Assembly (NCBI GenBank): GCA_964016885.1
Contig: OZ024762.1
Coordinates: forward strand, 15,810,001-15,874,000
Source of the DNA: Eledone cirrhosa
Lineage: Eukaryota
Direction: 5' to 3'
Length of the DNA stretch: 64,000 bases
Shown here one piece after another: positions 1 through 16,643 of this stretch (position 1 is the stretch's first letter; every line of letters starts with the position of its first letter). The notes beneath the pieces were generated by a model that ran no database searches, was not told where the DNA came from, and worked only from the letters and a program-made list of their open reading frames with translations. The translations under genes were made by a program, and so were the position numbers.

Positions 1-634
1 TATGGTGTGGTGGTGTAGTGGTGGCAGTATGGTGTGGTGGTGTAGTGGTGGCAGTATGGTGTGGTGGTGTAGTGGTGGCAGTATGGTGTGGTGGTGTAGT
101 GGTGGCAGTATGGTGGGGTGGTGTAGTGGTGGCAGTATGGTGTGGTAGTGTAGTGGTGGCAGTATGGTGTGGTAGTGTAGTGGTGGCAGTATGGTGTGGT
201 AGTGTAGTGGTGGCAGTATGGTATGGTGGTGTAGTGGTGGCAGTATGGTATGGTGGTGTAGTGGTGGCAGTATGGTATGGTGGTGTAGTGGTGGCAGTAT
301 GGTGTGGTGGTGTAGTGGTGGTAGTATGGTATGGTGGTGTAGTGGTGGCAGTATGGTATGGTGGTGTAGTGGTGGCAGTATGGTGTGGTGGTGTAGTGGT
401 GGCAGTATGGTGGGGTGGTGTAGTGGTGGTGTAGTGGTGGCAGTATGGTGGGGTGGTGTAGTGGTGGTGTAGTGGTGGCAGTATGCTGTGGTGGTGTAGT
501 GGTGGCAGTATGGTGGGGTGGTGTAGTGGTGGCAGTATGGTGTGGTGGTGTGGTGGTGGCAGTCTGGTGTGGTGGTGTAGTGGTGGTAGTATGGTGTGGT
601 GGTGTAGTGGTGGCAGTATGGTGTGGTGGGGTGT
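1..634. repeat. 27-bp GT-rich minisatellite
   Basis: Unit tatggtgtggtggtgtagtggtggcag, more than 20 copies, truncated by the window start. Confidence 0.95.
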
Positions 635-710
635 GATTATGACTGAAACTAAATTATATTGATAAATTAAATTCAAAAATGGAGATTTTTTTTCCTTCAG
701 TTTATATTTT

Positions 711-756
<46 letters not shown>

Positions 757-1367
757 TTATCTCTCTCTCTCTACATCTCTGCCCCTCTCTCTATCTATTT
801 CTATCACTCTTTGTTTATCTCTTTCATATATCAATATATCTGTATGTTTAATTGTGTGTGTACATATATGCATATATACGTACATACATATATATATATA
901 CATACATACATATATACATATATACATACATATATATATATATATATATACATACATATATACATATATACGTACATACATATATATATATATATACATA
1001 CATATATACATATATACGTACACACATATATATATATATTTATACATATATATATATATATATATACATACATATATATATATGCATACATATATGCATA
1101 TATACGTACATACATATATATATATACATATATACATATATACGTACATACATATATATATACATAAATATATACATATATACGTACATACATATATATA
1201 TACATACATATATACATATATACGTACATACATATATATATATATACATACATATATACGTACATACATATATATACATATATACGTACATACATATATA
1301 TATACATACATATATACGGGGTAGCACTTTTGATATTTTAACCACCATCAATATAATGATACATATA

Positions 1368-1440
<73 letters not shown>

Positions 1441-1703
1441 GTATGTATATATATGTATATGTGTGTGTGTGTTTATAGACATGTCCGTATATATACATAC
1501 ATACAAATATGTATATATGTATGTATATATCTATATATCTATATATTCATACATACAAATATGTATATATATATATACATATATGTATATGGATCTTTAT
1601 ATATATATGTATATATATGTATATATATGTTTTTTAATATATTTTGCTACTTGGTTTATTTCCGTTTCTTTTTTAAATTAAAAAAATATTCATTAACTTT
1701 AAC

Positions 1704-1762
<59 letters not shown>

Positions 1763-1765
1763 CAT

Positions 1766-1807
<42 letters not shown>

Positions 1808-1973
1808 TCATATACATACACACACACACACACATATATATATATATTCATATATACACACGTACTTGCACACACATATACATACACACACTCACACACG
1901 CACATATATATATATATATATACAAAATACACACTCACACACATATCTACATATATATACATACACACATATC

Positions 1974-2061
<88 letters not shown>

Positions 2062-2076
2062 GACACTCACACATAC

Positions 2077-2147
<71 letters not shown>

Positions 2148-2376
2148 TTCATACTCACACAAATATATTTTAATTTAAACCTTCCTCTCCCCACACCTCC
2201 CATCACCCCCCCCCCCCTCTCCATTCTCTCTCTTTTGTTTTGGTTTGCAATAAATAGACACCCCCTCCTTCCCCCTCTTCCTCATACTTCTACTCCAAAC
2301 CCCAATCAGCTGTCACCCTCTTACCCCCCTCCCACACCACCACTCTTTTCATCTCATTCCATCCCTCTTTCCCTTG

Positions 2377-2414
<38 letters not shown>

Positions 2415-3170
2415 TCTATCTCTCCTTTTCTCTTTCTCTTTCTCTCCTATCTCTCCTTTTCTTTCTCTATCACTTTCTCTCTCTCTCTCTCCTTCTATCT
2501 CTCCCTTTCTTTCTCTATCTCTCCCTTTCTCTCTCTCTCCTATCTCTCCTTTTTTTATTTCTCTTTCCTCTCTTTCTCTCTATCTCTGCCTCCTTCTCTC
2601 TCCCTCCATCTCTCTCTTTCTCTCCCTATTTCTCTCTCTTTCTTTCCCTCTTTCTCTACTTCTCTTTCTTTCTCTCTCTCTCTCTCCCTCCTTCTCTCTC
2701 TTTCTCTCCCTCTTTCTCTCCTTCCCTTTCTCTCTCTCTCTCGTTTTCTTTCTCTCCCTCTCCTCTCTCCCTCCCTTTGTTCTTTCAATGCATCCTACCA
2801 CCGCCACCACCACAACAACCACCACCACTGCCACTACCATCCCACCACCTCCCTCTACCTAACTTACCACCTCCTCCTTCAATTGTTCGATCTCCTCTCC
2901 CCACACCTCTCTCTCCCTTCTATTATATTAAAAGTAACTGTTTCACTGTTCCCAACACCAGAACAACACTTCTCAATTATCACCCCCCCCCCCCTCTCAC
3001 TCTCTCTCACTCTCTCTATCTATCTATCTCTTAATCTCTCTCTCTCAATCTCTTAATCTCTCTAGCTCTCTCTCTCTCCCTCTCTATCTATCTCTTAATC
3101 TCTCTCTCTCTCTCTCTCTCTACCTATCTATCAATTGGCTGTATTAATTATGGAATTTTCTCTTTCTCTT

Positions 3171-3219
<49 letters not shown>

Positions 3220-3344
3220 AAACACACACTTATATATACATATATACACATATATATACATATACATATATATATATGTATATATATAATATATATGTGT
3301 GTAAACACACACTTATATATACATATATATATACACATGTATAT

Positions 3345-3383
<39 letters not shown>

Positions 3384-3448
3384 TATACACATATATATAC
3401 ATATATATATACATATACATATACACATATATATACACATATATATAC

Positions 3449-3481
<33 letters not shown>

Positions 3482-3518
3482 CATATATATATACATATAT
3501 ATATACACATATATATAC

Positions 3519-3551
<33 letters not shown>

Positions 3552-3613
3552 CATATATATATACATATATATATACACATATATATACATATATATATAT
3601 ACATATATATATT

Positions 3614-3690
<77 letters not shown>

Positions 3691-3692
3691 CA

Positions 3693-3738
<46 letters not shown>

Positions 3739-3739
3739 C

Positions 3740-3813
<74 letters not shown>

Positions 3814-3869
3814 TTGCAAGCAGGGAAAAGCGGACGTAAAATGATGATGATGATGATATATATATATAC

Positions 3870-3930
<61 letters not shown>

Positions 3931-4319
3931 TGTTTGTATTTGTGATAACATATAGAACTATATCTCTAGGTGTACTTTATACCTTACAGAAGTGTATATA
4001 GTTACAGTATATATGTATGTGTGTGTGTTTATAGTTGTGTGTTTATATGTGTATGGTGTGTGTAAGTATGTGCGTGTTTGTGTCATTGTGACATGTGCAA
4101 TAATTTTCTAGACAATACATATATACCTACATATATATATATATATAATATACATATATACATACATTGTGAAATTATAAAACCAGAAGAATATACATAC
4201 ATACATATATATATACGTGCATATATACATATATACATATATACATACATAGATACACATATACATACATATATATATATATATATATACATACAGATAA
4301 ATACAGAATTAGAAAATAG

Positions 4320-4394
<75 letters not shown>

Positions 4395-4808
4395 TACATA
4401 CATACATATATACATACATATATATACATACACATATACATATATATATATATATACATACACATATACATTATATATTATATACATACAGATATATATA
4501 CACCCACTTATATAGTTTAGTATTTCATCTATGTGTGTAGATTATAGATTACAGATATAGAATTACTAAATACATATGGATCTAGAAATCTATCCTGTAT
4601 ACACACATGTCTACACTGACATATATATATATACACATGTCTATACTGACACATATATATATATATACACATGTCTATACTGACATATATATATATATAT
4701 ACACACATGTCTATACTGACATATATATACACACATGTCTATACTGACACATATATATATATATACACATGTCTATACTGACATATATATACACACATGT
4801 CTATACTG

Positions 4809-4872
<64 letters not shown>

Positions 4873-4959
4873 GTTTATACTAACAAATATGCACACATCT
4901 TTATTTATACATACATACACGTGATGATATTGTTATATATATATATACATGTCTACACT

Positions 4960-5004
<45 letters not shown>

Positions 5005-5116
5005 TAATGTCCAATTCTCTTGCTAGTATTTATGTATGTAATCATAGGAAACATATGTATATATTTATGTCATTATATATACATATATATATGTATATAT
5101 ATATATATATATATAT

Positions 5117-5171
<55 letters not shown>

Positions 5172-5318
5172 ATGTATATATTTGTATGTATATATATATA
5201 TATATGTATATATAGTGTGGTGTGGTGTAACTGATATTGATATGAAGGTATATATGTGTATATATACATACATATATATATATATACATACATATGGTGT
5301 AACAGTGATATTGATATG

Positions 5319-5413
<95 letters not shown>

Positions 5414-5538
5414 GTATATATATTGATGTAAAGGTATATTACACTGCAGTCATTGAGATAATGAAAAATTGCCACAAAACCAGAAACACTCACAACTATA
5501 CCTCCCCCTCCTCTCTTCTCTCTCCCTCTCTCTCTCTC

Positions 5539-5575
<37 letters not shown>

Positions 5576-5883
5576 GATCAATAACTGTATGATGATAGCT
5601 GGTGGTGGTGGTGGTGGTGATATGATATTATTGGTGCTGGTAGGATATTATTGGTAGTGGTGATGGTGGTGGTGGTGGGGATAGTGGTGGCGCTGCTGGT
5701 GGTGGTGTTGAGATAGAGAGAGGTGGTGGTGGTGGTCTACAACCATCATATTCACAATCTGTATGGAAAGCAAAGACAGGATGGTCACATTTGGAACAAC
5801 TTTAATCGGGTGTTTGGTTCATCAGATCCTACCTGGTCTTAAACACCAACGATACCACACACACACACACAAACTAATACACA

Positions 5884-5922
<39 letters not shown>

Positions 5923-5965
5923 ACACACATACACACACACATACACACACACATACACACACATA

Positions 5966-7952
5966 GTAGTACAAGACCTCATAACTTAACTAACACAGAA
6001 CCTCATAACTTTACTAACACAGGACCTCATAAGTTAACTAGTACAAGGCCTCATAACTTAACTAGTACAGGGCCTCATAACTTAACTAGTACAGGACCTC
6101 ATAACTTTACTAACACAGGACCTCATAACTTAACTAGTACAAGACCTCATAACTTAACTAACACAGGACCTCATAATTTAACTAGTACAAGACCTCATAA
6201 TTTATCTAACACAGAACCTCATAACTTAACTAGTACAGGACCTCATAACTTAACTAACGCAAGGCCTCATAACTTAACTAGTACAGGACCTCATAACTTA
6301 ACTAACACAGGACCTCATAACTTAACTAGTACAAGACCTCATAATTTATCTAACACAGAACCTCATAACTTAACTAGTACAGGACCTCATAACTTAACTA
6401 ACACAGGACCTCATAACTTAACTAGTACAAGACCTCATAATTTATCTAACAGAGGACCTCATAACTTAACTAGTACAGGACGTCATAACTTAACTAACAC
6501 AAGGCCTCATAACTTAACTAACACAGGGCCTCATAACTTATCTAGTACAGGACCTCATAACTTAACTAGTACTGGGCCTCATAACTTAACTAACACAGGG
6601 CCTCATAACTTAACTAACACAGGAACTCATAACTTAACTAGTACAAGACCTCATAACTTAACTAACACAGGACCTCATAACTTAACTAGTACAAGACCTC
6701 ATAATTTAACTAACACAGGACCTCATAACTTAACTAGTACAGGACCTCATAACTTAACTAACACAGGACCTCATAACTTAACTAGTACAGGACCTCATAA
6801 CTTAACTAGTACAATACCTCATAACTTAACTAACACAGGACCTCATAACTTAACTAGTACAAGACCTCATAACTTAACTAACACAGGACCTCATAACTTA
6901 ACTAGTACAGGACCTCATAACTTAACTAGTACAAGACCTCATAACTTAACTAACACAAGACCTCATAACTTAACTAACACAGGACCTCATATCTTAACTA
7001 ACACAAGACCTCATAACTTAACTAACACAGGACCTCATAACTTAACTAACACAAGACCTCATAACTTAACTAACACAGGACCTCATATCTTAACTAACAC
7101 AAGACCTCATAACTTAACTAACACAGGACCTCATATCTTAACTAACACAAGACCTCATAACTTAACTAACACAGGACCTCATAACTTAACTAACACAGGA
7201 CCTCATAACTTAACTAGTACAAGACCTCATAACTTAACTAACACAAGACCTCATAACTTAACTAACACAGGACCTCATATCTTAACTAACACAAGACCTC
7301 ATAACTTAACTAACACAGGACCTCATATCTTAACTAACACAAGGACCTCATAACTTAACTAACACAGGACCTCATAACTTAACTAACACAAGACCTCATA
7401 ACTTAACTAACACAGGACCTCATATCTTAACTAACACAAGACCTCATAACTTAACTAACACAGGACCTCATATCTTAACTAACACAAGACCTCATAACTT
7501 AACTAACACAGGACCTCATAACTTAACTAACACAGGACCTCATAACTTAACTAGTACAAGACCTCATAACTTAACTAACACAAGACCTCATAACTTAACT
7601 AACACAGGACCTCATAACTTAACTAACACAGGACCTCATAACTTAACTAGTACAAGACCTCATAACTTAACTAACACAGGACCCTCATAACTTAACTAGT
7701 ACAGGACCTCATAACTTAACTAGTACAAGACCTCATAACTTAACTAACACAAGACCTCATAACTTAACTAACACAGGACCTCATATCTTAACTAACACAG
7801 GACCTCATAACTTAACTAACACAAGACCTCATAACTTAACTAACACAGGACCTCATATCTTAACTAACACAGGACCTCATAACTTAACTAACACAAGACC
7901 TCATAACTTAACTAACACAAGACCTCATAACTTAACCAACACAGGTCCTCAT
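5966..7952. repeat. 24-bp minisatellite, about 80 copies
   Basis: Unit gacctcataacttaacta(ac/gt)aca(g/a). Confidence 0.97.
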
Positions 7953-8648
7953 TTGTCCTAAACACCTAGCACTAATGGTAGCCCATGGTTGTGAATCAAA
8001 CATCTTTACCATCTGGCAATCTCTATGTCTACTATAAAATATCTATTATTATTAGCAAGCCATACTTTGGTCTTTTCATACAGTCCACTTCTTTCCACTC
8101 CTCACAGCTTTGGTAATAATTGGCAACAGAAGGCTGGGAGAGATGGTGGTGGTGGTGGCGGTGGTGATGATGGTGGTGATGGTATTGGTGGTGGTGATGG
8201 TATTGGTGGTGGTGGTGATGGTATTGATGGTGGCGGTGGTGATGATGATGATGGTATTGGTGGTGGTGGTGATGGTGGTGATGATGGTATTGGTGATGGT
8301 GGTGATGGTATGGGTGGTGGTGGTGATGGTGGTGATGATGGTCATTGGTGGTGGTGGTGATGATGGTATTGATGGTGATGGTGATGATGGTATTGGTGGT
8401 GGTGGTGGTGATGATGGTATTGGTGGTGGTGGTGATGGTGATGATGATGATGGTATTGGTGGTGATGATGGTATTGGTGGTGGTGATGATGGTATTGGTG
8501 GTGGTGTTGGTGGTGGTGGTGGTGGTGATGGTGGTGGTGATGATGGTATTGGTGTTGGTGTTGGTGGTGGTGGTGGTGGTGGTAACAGAGATGTGGTGTG
8601 CTATTATATAGTGTTTGAATTGATTTCTGTATTGTCCAATATAGATGA

Positions 8649-8724
<76 letters not shown>

Positions 8725-10287
8725 ACAACATACATATGAATGTTTATGTGTGTATATATGTGTGTGTATATATGTGTATAATATAAAATATATACACAGC
8801 CGTATATACTGACATAATGGAAAATATTGGTCAAACACATTTCTGGAAAGATTCCAAAGAGAGTTAGATGCTGCTGCTGCTGCTACTGATGCTGCTGCTG
8901 CTACTGCTGCTGCTGCTGCTGCTACTACTACTACTGCTACTACTGCTACTACTGCTATTGCTACTACTACTACTGCTACTACTACTGCTACTACTACTAC
9001 TGCTACTACTGCTACTACTACTACTGCTACTACTACTACTACTACTGCTACTACTACTACTACTACTGCTACTACTACTACTGCTGCTACTGCTACTACT
9101 ACTACTACTACTACTGCTACTACTACTGCTACTACTACTACTGCTACTACTACTGCTACTACTACTACTGCTACTACTACTACTGCTGCTACTACTACTA
9201 CTACTACTACTGCTACTACTACTGCTACTACTACTACTGCTACTACTACTACTGCTACTACTACTGCTACTACTACTACTGCTACTACTACTACTGCTAC
9301 TACTACTGCTACTACTACTACTGCTACTACTACTACTACTGCTACTACTACTACTGCTGCTACTGCTACTACTACTACTACTGCTACTACTACTGCTACT
9401 GTTATAGTGGTCAAGAGATTCTGTGTTGAAAGCCTAAAACTACATTTTTCATAACTGACCTTTAAGCCATAACAACAACAATAACAGCAACAACCATGAT
9501 GACAATAATTGTTTCTACTTTAGGCACAAGGCCAGCAATTACCCCAGTGTATTACTGGTACTTTATTTTATCGACCCCGTAAGGATGAAAGGCAAAGTCA
9601 ACCTCGGCGGGATTTGAAAATGACAACTACAACAAAAACTACTACTACTATCACCACCACCACCACTACTACTATTACCACCACTACTACTACTACCACC
9701 ACTACCACCACTACTACCACTACTACCACCACTACTACTATTACCACGACCACCACCACTACTACTACTACCATTACCACTACTACCACCACCACCACTA
9801 CTACCACCACCACCACCACTACTACTACTACTACCACTACCACCACCACTACTACCACTACCACCACTACTACTACTACTACTACTACCACGACCACCAC
9901 CACTACTACTACTACCACTACCACCACTACTACTACTACCACCACCACCACTACTACTACTAATAAGATTTATAGTCATTGGTCATAAAACTAAAATTGA
10001 CTTTAATTAAAAAAATTACCATCACCACCCCCTTACACTGTTTCTTGTGTACAGGGGGGGGTGTAGAGGTGACGGTAGTGACATGTGCAGTGGTGGGGGT
10101 GGGGACAGGCCCGGGATGGGGACTGTGGGGTGAAGGGAGAGGGAAACAAGGGAGATATTTATGTTAAAGGTAGGGAGGAGGGAAGCAGTGTGTGTATATG
10201 TAGGTCTTGTTATGTATATATTTGTGTATTATATGTGTGTGCGTGTGTTTGTGTTATCTGTGTGTATGTATGTGTGTTATAAACACT

Positions 10288-10540
10288 TTAACCCTTTAGC
10301 ATTCACATTACTCTACTATTATATTTCATGGTAAGTGCTTTTCCTCATATAATATATTATCTATGCGATGTTGATATTATTTATTTTGAGAACAATACCC
10401 TAACATCAGTATGACCTGCCAGTTACAGCTGGTTTGGACAGAAAGAGGTGAGAGAATTCTGGCCAGATATGGCTGGTTTTAAGAGAAAGAGGTGAGGGAA
10501 TTCTGGCCACATATGGCTAGTTTAAATACTACATTAAATG
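10288..10540. mobile_element. Older diverged copy of the same MITE family
   Basis: ttaaccctttagcattcacattactcta...ttttgagaacaataccc...agaaagaggtgagagaattctggccagat. Confidence 0.6.
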
Positions 10541-11270
10541 TAGTAAATGTTAAAATAAACCATTTTGTATCCTAGAATCAGGGGCTCATTTCAAACAGTT
10601 TGGCATCAAGAGAGTTAAATATTTTAGATAGGAGCAATTTAAAATGAGAGATAGATCTTGTCATAGAACTACAAATCAGATGGAGTCTTGGATGGATTGC
10701 TATCAAAGGGGTTAAATTCTTTGAAATAGTTCCGAATCACATTAAAAATTCCAATTATGTCAGTAAGTAGTTGAGTTGGTTTCTTGTAATTAGAGAAAGA
10801 AAAAGAGGATTAGATAAATAGATAGATAAATCTATATATAAATATGAGAGACTTCCGTCTGTCATACAGTGTGTTGTGTGTGTGTGTGTAAAAGGAAGGG
10901 GATGGTGAAAACAACGGCTGTCGTTCCATTTGCTACGCTGTGTGTGAATGTGTGTTTGTGTAAATGTATGTGTGGGTTTTTTTGTAAAGGTATGTGTGTG
11001 TGTTTGTGTGTAAATGTATGTGTGTGTGTTTGTGTGTAAATGTATATGTGTGTTTGTGTGAGTGTGTGTATGTTGTTTATGTAAATGTATGTGTGTGTGT
11101 GTGTGTTTGTTTGTGTGAATGTATGTCTGTGTGTGTTTAGTGTATATGTATGTATGTGCCTGTTTGTGTAAATGTATGTGTTTGTGTGAATGCATGTCTG
11201 TTTGTGTATATGTATATATGTGTGTGTTTGTGTAAATGCATGTGTGTTTGTGTGAATGTATGTGTGTGTT

Positions 11271-11303
<33 letters not shown>

Positions 11304-11600
11304 TTATGTGAATGTGTGTGTTTGTATGTGTATTTTTGTAAGTGTGTCTGTTTGCACGTTTATATTCATATACAAATCTATGCATACACACATACACACA
11401 CATATATACATACACACACATATACACATACACACACATACACACACATATACTCATACACATACACACACATATACACATACACACATATACACATATA
11501 CACATATACACATACACACACATATATACACATACACACACACATACACACACATATACACACACACATACACATACACACACACACATACACACACATA

Positions 11601-11632
<32 letters not shown>

Positions 11633-12159
11633 TACATACATACACATACACACACATATACACACACATACACATACACACACATATACACATACACACA
11701 CACACACATATACACACACATACACATACACACACACACACACATACACATACACACACATATACACATACACACACACATATACGCATACACACACACA
11801 TATATACACACATACACACACACACATATACACATATACACACACACACACACACATACACATACACACACATATACACATACACACACACATATACGCA
11901 TACACACACACATATATACACACACACACATATACACATACACACACATATACACATACACACACATATACACAAACACACACACATATACACATACACA
12001 CACATATACACATACACACACACATATACGCATACACACACACACATATATACACACACACATACACACACACACATATACACATACACACACATATACA
12101 CATACACACACATATATACACACACACACACATATACACATACACACACATATACACAT

Positions 12160-12190
<31 letters not shown>

Positions 12191-12909
12191 TATACACATA
12201 CACACACATATACACATACACACACACACACATATACACATACACACACATATACACATACACACACACATATACACACACACACACATATACACATACA
12301 CACACATATACACATATACACATACACATACACACACATACACACACACACATATATACACACACATATACACACACACATACACACACATATACACGTA
12401 CACACACATACACACACATATATACACATACACACACACATATACACATACACATGCGTGAGAGTGTTGAAAATAAAAATTGTAGTTTATATAAATGTTG
12501 GTAACAAGATCGGAAATATTTCAGATAAGTAAATGAAATTAGATCGTAAATAGATAGGAGAGGATTAAAAGGAAGTCATTCAATACAGAGAGTTATTTAA
12601 CATCACATCCTCCTCCCCCCCTCCCCTCCCCCCTCCCCCCCCCACTTACACTACAGGCCAGTACATCCCTTTGATTCTTCCCACCAATCAGTGAGCTGAT
12701 CAGTGGCGAAACACATGTCACGTATCAATAAATGTAATGAAGGTGTAACCAATCGCCCTTGTTATCCTTTCAATATATTACACTCTGTCTAGCTCTACAC
12801 CTCATCACAGAAGTGAACCTAAACATCGAGTGCTCTCCCGGGTGAATCTGCCGTAACTCCATGTTACACCCCCTGGATATATATATATCTATATATAAAC
12901 ATATGTATT

Positions 12910-12943
<34 letters not shown>

Positions 12944-13169
12944 AATATATAAACATATACATATTTATATTCATATATATATAAACATATATATATATAT
13001 ATATATATATATAAACATACATATTTATATATATATAAACATATACATTTTTATATTTATATATGTATAAGCGAACATTTATATATGTATAAGTGAACAA
13101 TTTGTCAGCATTTTCTTTTCCGTTTACCAATATATCATAACTTGTGTGTTACACCTCTATTCTTTTAAA

Positions 13170-13223
<54 letters not shown>

Positions 13224-13228
13224 CATAT

Positions 13229-13284
13229 TGATATTTACTGATGATTTCTAAAGAATGAAACAGTTCTAGTCCTGTAGAATCTCA
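13229..13284 (+). ncRNA. Degenerate hammerhead
   Basis: CUGAUGA-uuucuaaagaau-GAAA-cag(uucuaguc)cug-UA; stem I poorly paired. Confidence 0.45.
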
Positions 13285-13646
13285 TCTATATTAAAACTTT
13301 TATACTCTGCTATGTATTGAGTACCTTACTTACTGTGGTTACCCCCGATTGAACCTGGAATAACTTAACTATATATATATAACAGAAAAAAATGAAACAA
13401 AATTTCATTTCCCACTCTTAGTACGGCTGTAAACTTAAATATAAGTATGTATACGTACATACATATATGTATACAAATATACAATAGTATGTATACATAT
13501 ATACATACATGCCCACATATATATATGTACATATGGATTCACCAAAAATTTATTATAATGCTCGGTGTGTTTGTAAACAAACATCCCGTATTAAGCCGTA
13601 GTGTCCAGCAACCACTGTTGCTCGTTTGTTCAACACTGACAAAGGA

Positions 13647-13689
13647 ACGCTGTACTAGTTTCAAGCTTATTAACTATCGTCAGCAACGT
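13647..13689 (-). ncRNA. Minimal type-I hammerhead ribozyme
   Basis: acgttg-CUGACGA-uaguuaauaagcuu-GAAA-cuag-UA-cagcgu: 6-bp stem I, palindromic stem III (ACUAGU), GUA cleavage triplet. Confidence 0.8.
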
Positions 13690-13805
13690 ATACCTTCCTG
13701 CCAGATAGTTGAACGTCCGAAAGTATATACTTTCCTTATGCATATTAACGGCTGAGTAGCCCAATTTGCATATCGAGTGGGTTAATCGACCGGGTGCACC
13801 AAAAA

Positions 13806-13863
<58 letters not shown>

Positions 13864-14118
13864 CACGATAAATTAACGGAGGCATAGGCCGTCGTTATTC
13901 CCTGTAAATAATGTGCTCAAAGGGGAAGAGATCCTGAGCCCTTTAAAATATAATATGTTGAGAAGGTAACACACCAGAGAGAGATATATAGTGCGTTATC
14001 AATAATACAGGGAAAAAACCACCAGTGTATGGAATCTATAACCTATGAAAGGCAGACTATAGACACGATAATTAAAAATATAAATTAAAGCATAAATAAA
14101 TACCTCTATAACTATATA

Positions 14119-14199
14119 ACACACGTACAAATCCAAAGATATGTTTCACCAAATAATTTGTTGAAAGAAATGGTCTAGTCTCGGTTCATCAGCGTGTGT
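14119..14199 (-). ncRNA. Type-I hammerhead ribozyme
   Basis: acacacg-CUGAUGA-accga..uuggu-GAAA-cauauc(uuug)gauuug-UA-cgugugu: 7-bp stem I, extended stem III, GUA. Confidence 0.8.
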
Positions 14200-14678
14200 A
14201 AGGCCATACATTTCAGACAACACTAAGAGAATTTTAAAATTGACTGTCCAGCTATATAAATATATATATATATATATTTGTTTGTTTGTTTCTCATCAAA
14301 ATACCCTTCTTTCAATACACAGCGTCTTATATAATATATAAGGGTGTGTAGATTTTTCTTGTCTCTGTCTGACTATCTCTCTTTCTCTATCTATCCATCT
14401 ATCCACACACACACATACATATATATATATATACACACACACACACATACATATATATGTATATACACACACATATATATACATACACACATACATATAT
14501 ATATATATACACACATACATATATATACACATACATATATATATATATATACACACACACACATATTTATACACACACACACATATATATACACACACAT
14601 ACATATATATATATATATACACACACACATACATATATATATACATACACACACACACACAGACACATATATATATAT

Positions 14679-14747
<69 letters not shown>

Positions 14748-15109
14748 CACAGACACACATACATATATATATATATACACACACGCACACATATATACGC
14801 ACACACACACATACACACACACACCCACACACACACACTCTTATATATATATTACCAAAACACAGCCACTGTACCTGCTAATAACTAAGATGTCTGGAGA
14901 TCCTGTTAGTACACTGGTGAAATTCCACAGTAAGAGGACTCACTGATTAGCCATTATAAATGAATACATACACATACATGTATACTTACACACACACATA
15001 CACACGCATATATATACATATATATATATATACTAGCAAAAGAGCCCGTTGTTGCCGAGCACACCTTTCACCACTGTAAATAAAAACCCACCTCTCTCCT
15101 CAACATGGC

Positions 15110-16112
15110 CGTCTTTAAATATCCCCAGATTTCTGCCATTTTAAGGGAGAGGAAGATTTAAACTATATGTTGACATGGAAGACCTGCCTCTCACACTGTC
15201 TTTAAATAGCCCCAGAGTTCTGCTATTTTAAGGGAGAGGAAGATTTAAACTATGTTGACATGGAAGACCTGCCTCACACTGTCTTTAAATAGCCCCAGAA
15301 CTCTGCCATTTTAGGGAGAGGAAGATTTAAACTATTTGTTGACATGGAAGACCTGCCTCACACCGTCTTTAAATAGCCCCAGAGATCTGCCATTTTAAGG
15401 AAGAGGAAGATTTAAACTATATGTTGACATGGAAGACCTGCCTCACACCGTCTTTAAATAGCCCCAGAGTTCTGCTATTTTAAGGGAGAGCAAGATTTAA
15501 ACTATATGTTGACATGGAAGACCTGCCTCACACCGTCTTTAAATAGCCCCAGAGTTCTGCTATTTTAAGGGAGAGCAAGATTTAAACTATATGTTGACAT
15601 GGAAGACCTGCCTCACACTGTCTTTAAATAGCCCCAGAACTCTGCCATTTTAGGGGAGAGGAAGATTTAAACTATATGTTGACATGGAAGACCTGCCTCA
15701 CACTGTCTTTAAATAGCCCCAGAACTCTGCTATTTTAGGGGAGAGAGAGATTTAAACTATATGTTGACATGGAAGACCTGCCTCACACTGTCTTTAAATA
15801 GCCCAAGAACTCTGCTATTTTAGGGGAGAGAGAGATTTAAACTATATGTTGACATGGAAGACCTGCCTCACACTGTCTTTAAATAGCCCCAGAACTCTGC
15901 CATTTTAGGGGAGAGGAAGATTTAAACTATATGTTGACATGGAAGACCTGCCTCACACTGTCTTTAAATAGCCCCAGAACTCTGCTATTTTAAGGGAGAG
16001 GAAGATTTAAACTACATTTTGACATGGAAGACCTGCCTCACACCGTCTTTAAATAGCCCCAGAACTCTGCTATTTTAAGGGAGAGCAAGATTTAAACTAT
16101 ATTTTGACATGT
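15110..16112. repeat. 85-bp tandem repeat, about 12 copies
   Basis: tctttaaata recurs at 15451, 15621, 15791 and 15961 (2 x 85 spacing). Confidence 0.95.
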
Positions 16113-16148
16113 TGCGGGGGCTAAATAACCTATGTATCAAATTTGACT

Positions 16149-16643
16149 GAAGCTACATGCTGTGTCTAAGAACCAATAAAGGAGAGAGTGATAGAAGCTA
16201 CATGTTGTGTCTAAGATCCAATAGCGGGGAGAGCGATAGGAGCTACATGTTGTGTCTAAGAACCAATAGCGGGGAGAGTGATAGAAGCTACATGTTGACC
16301 TAATAGAGGCGAGAGTGATAGAAGCTACATATGTCTAAGAACCAACAGAAGTGAGAGTGATAGAAGCTACATGTTGTGTCTAAGAACCAATAGAAGGGAG
16401 AGTGACAGAAGCTACATGTTGTGTCTGATAAACAATAGCAGGGAGAGTGACAGAAGCTGCATGTTGTGTCTGATAACCAATAGCGGGGAGAGTGACAGAA
16501 GCTACATGTTGTGTCTGATAACCAATAATGGGGAGACTGACAGAAGCTGCATGTTGTGTCTGATAACCAATAGTGGGGAGAGTAATAGAAGCTACATGTG
16601 TCTAAGAAGCAATAGAGGAGAGAGTGACAGAAGCTACATGTTG
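16149..16643. repeat. 45-bp tandem repeat, about 11 copies
   Basis: Unit agaagctacatgttgtgtctaagaaccaatagcggggagagtgat. Confidence 0.92.

Noticed and set aside
679-5293. Long YI/HT/CV/LS-repeat ORFs here and throughout the ORF track
   Set aside because: Translations of (TA)n, (CA)n and (CT)n microsatellites; no splice or domain support.
5966-7952. Regular 24-bp array as CRISPR or telomeric repeat
   Set aside because: No unique spacers, no cas genes, eukaryotic context, and not TTAGGG-like; it is an ordinary minisatellite.
12680-12722. Hammerhead (hairpin followed by cGAAAcacatGTC)
   Set aside because: No CUGANGA or stem I upstream; at most a truncated relic.
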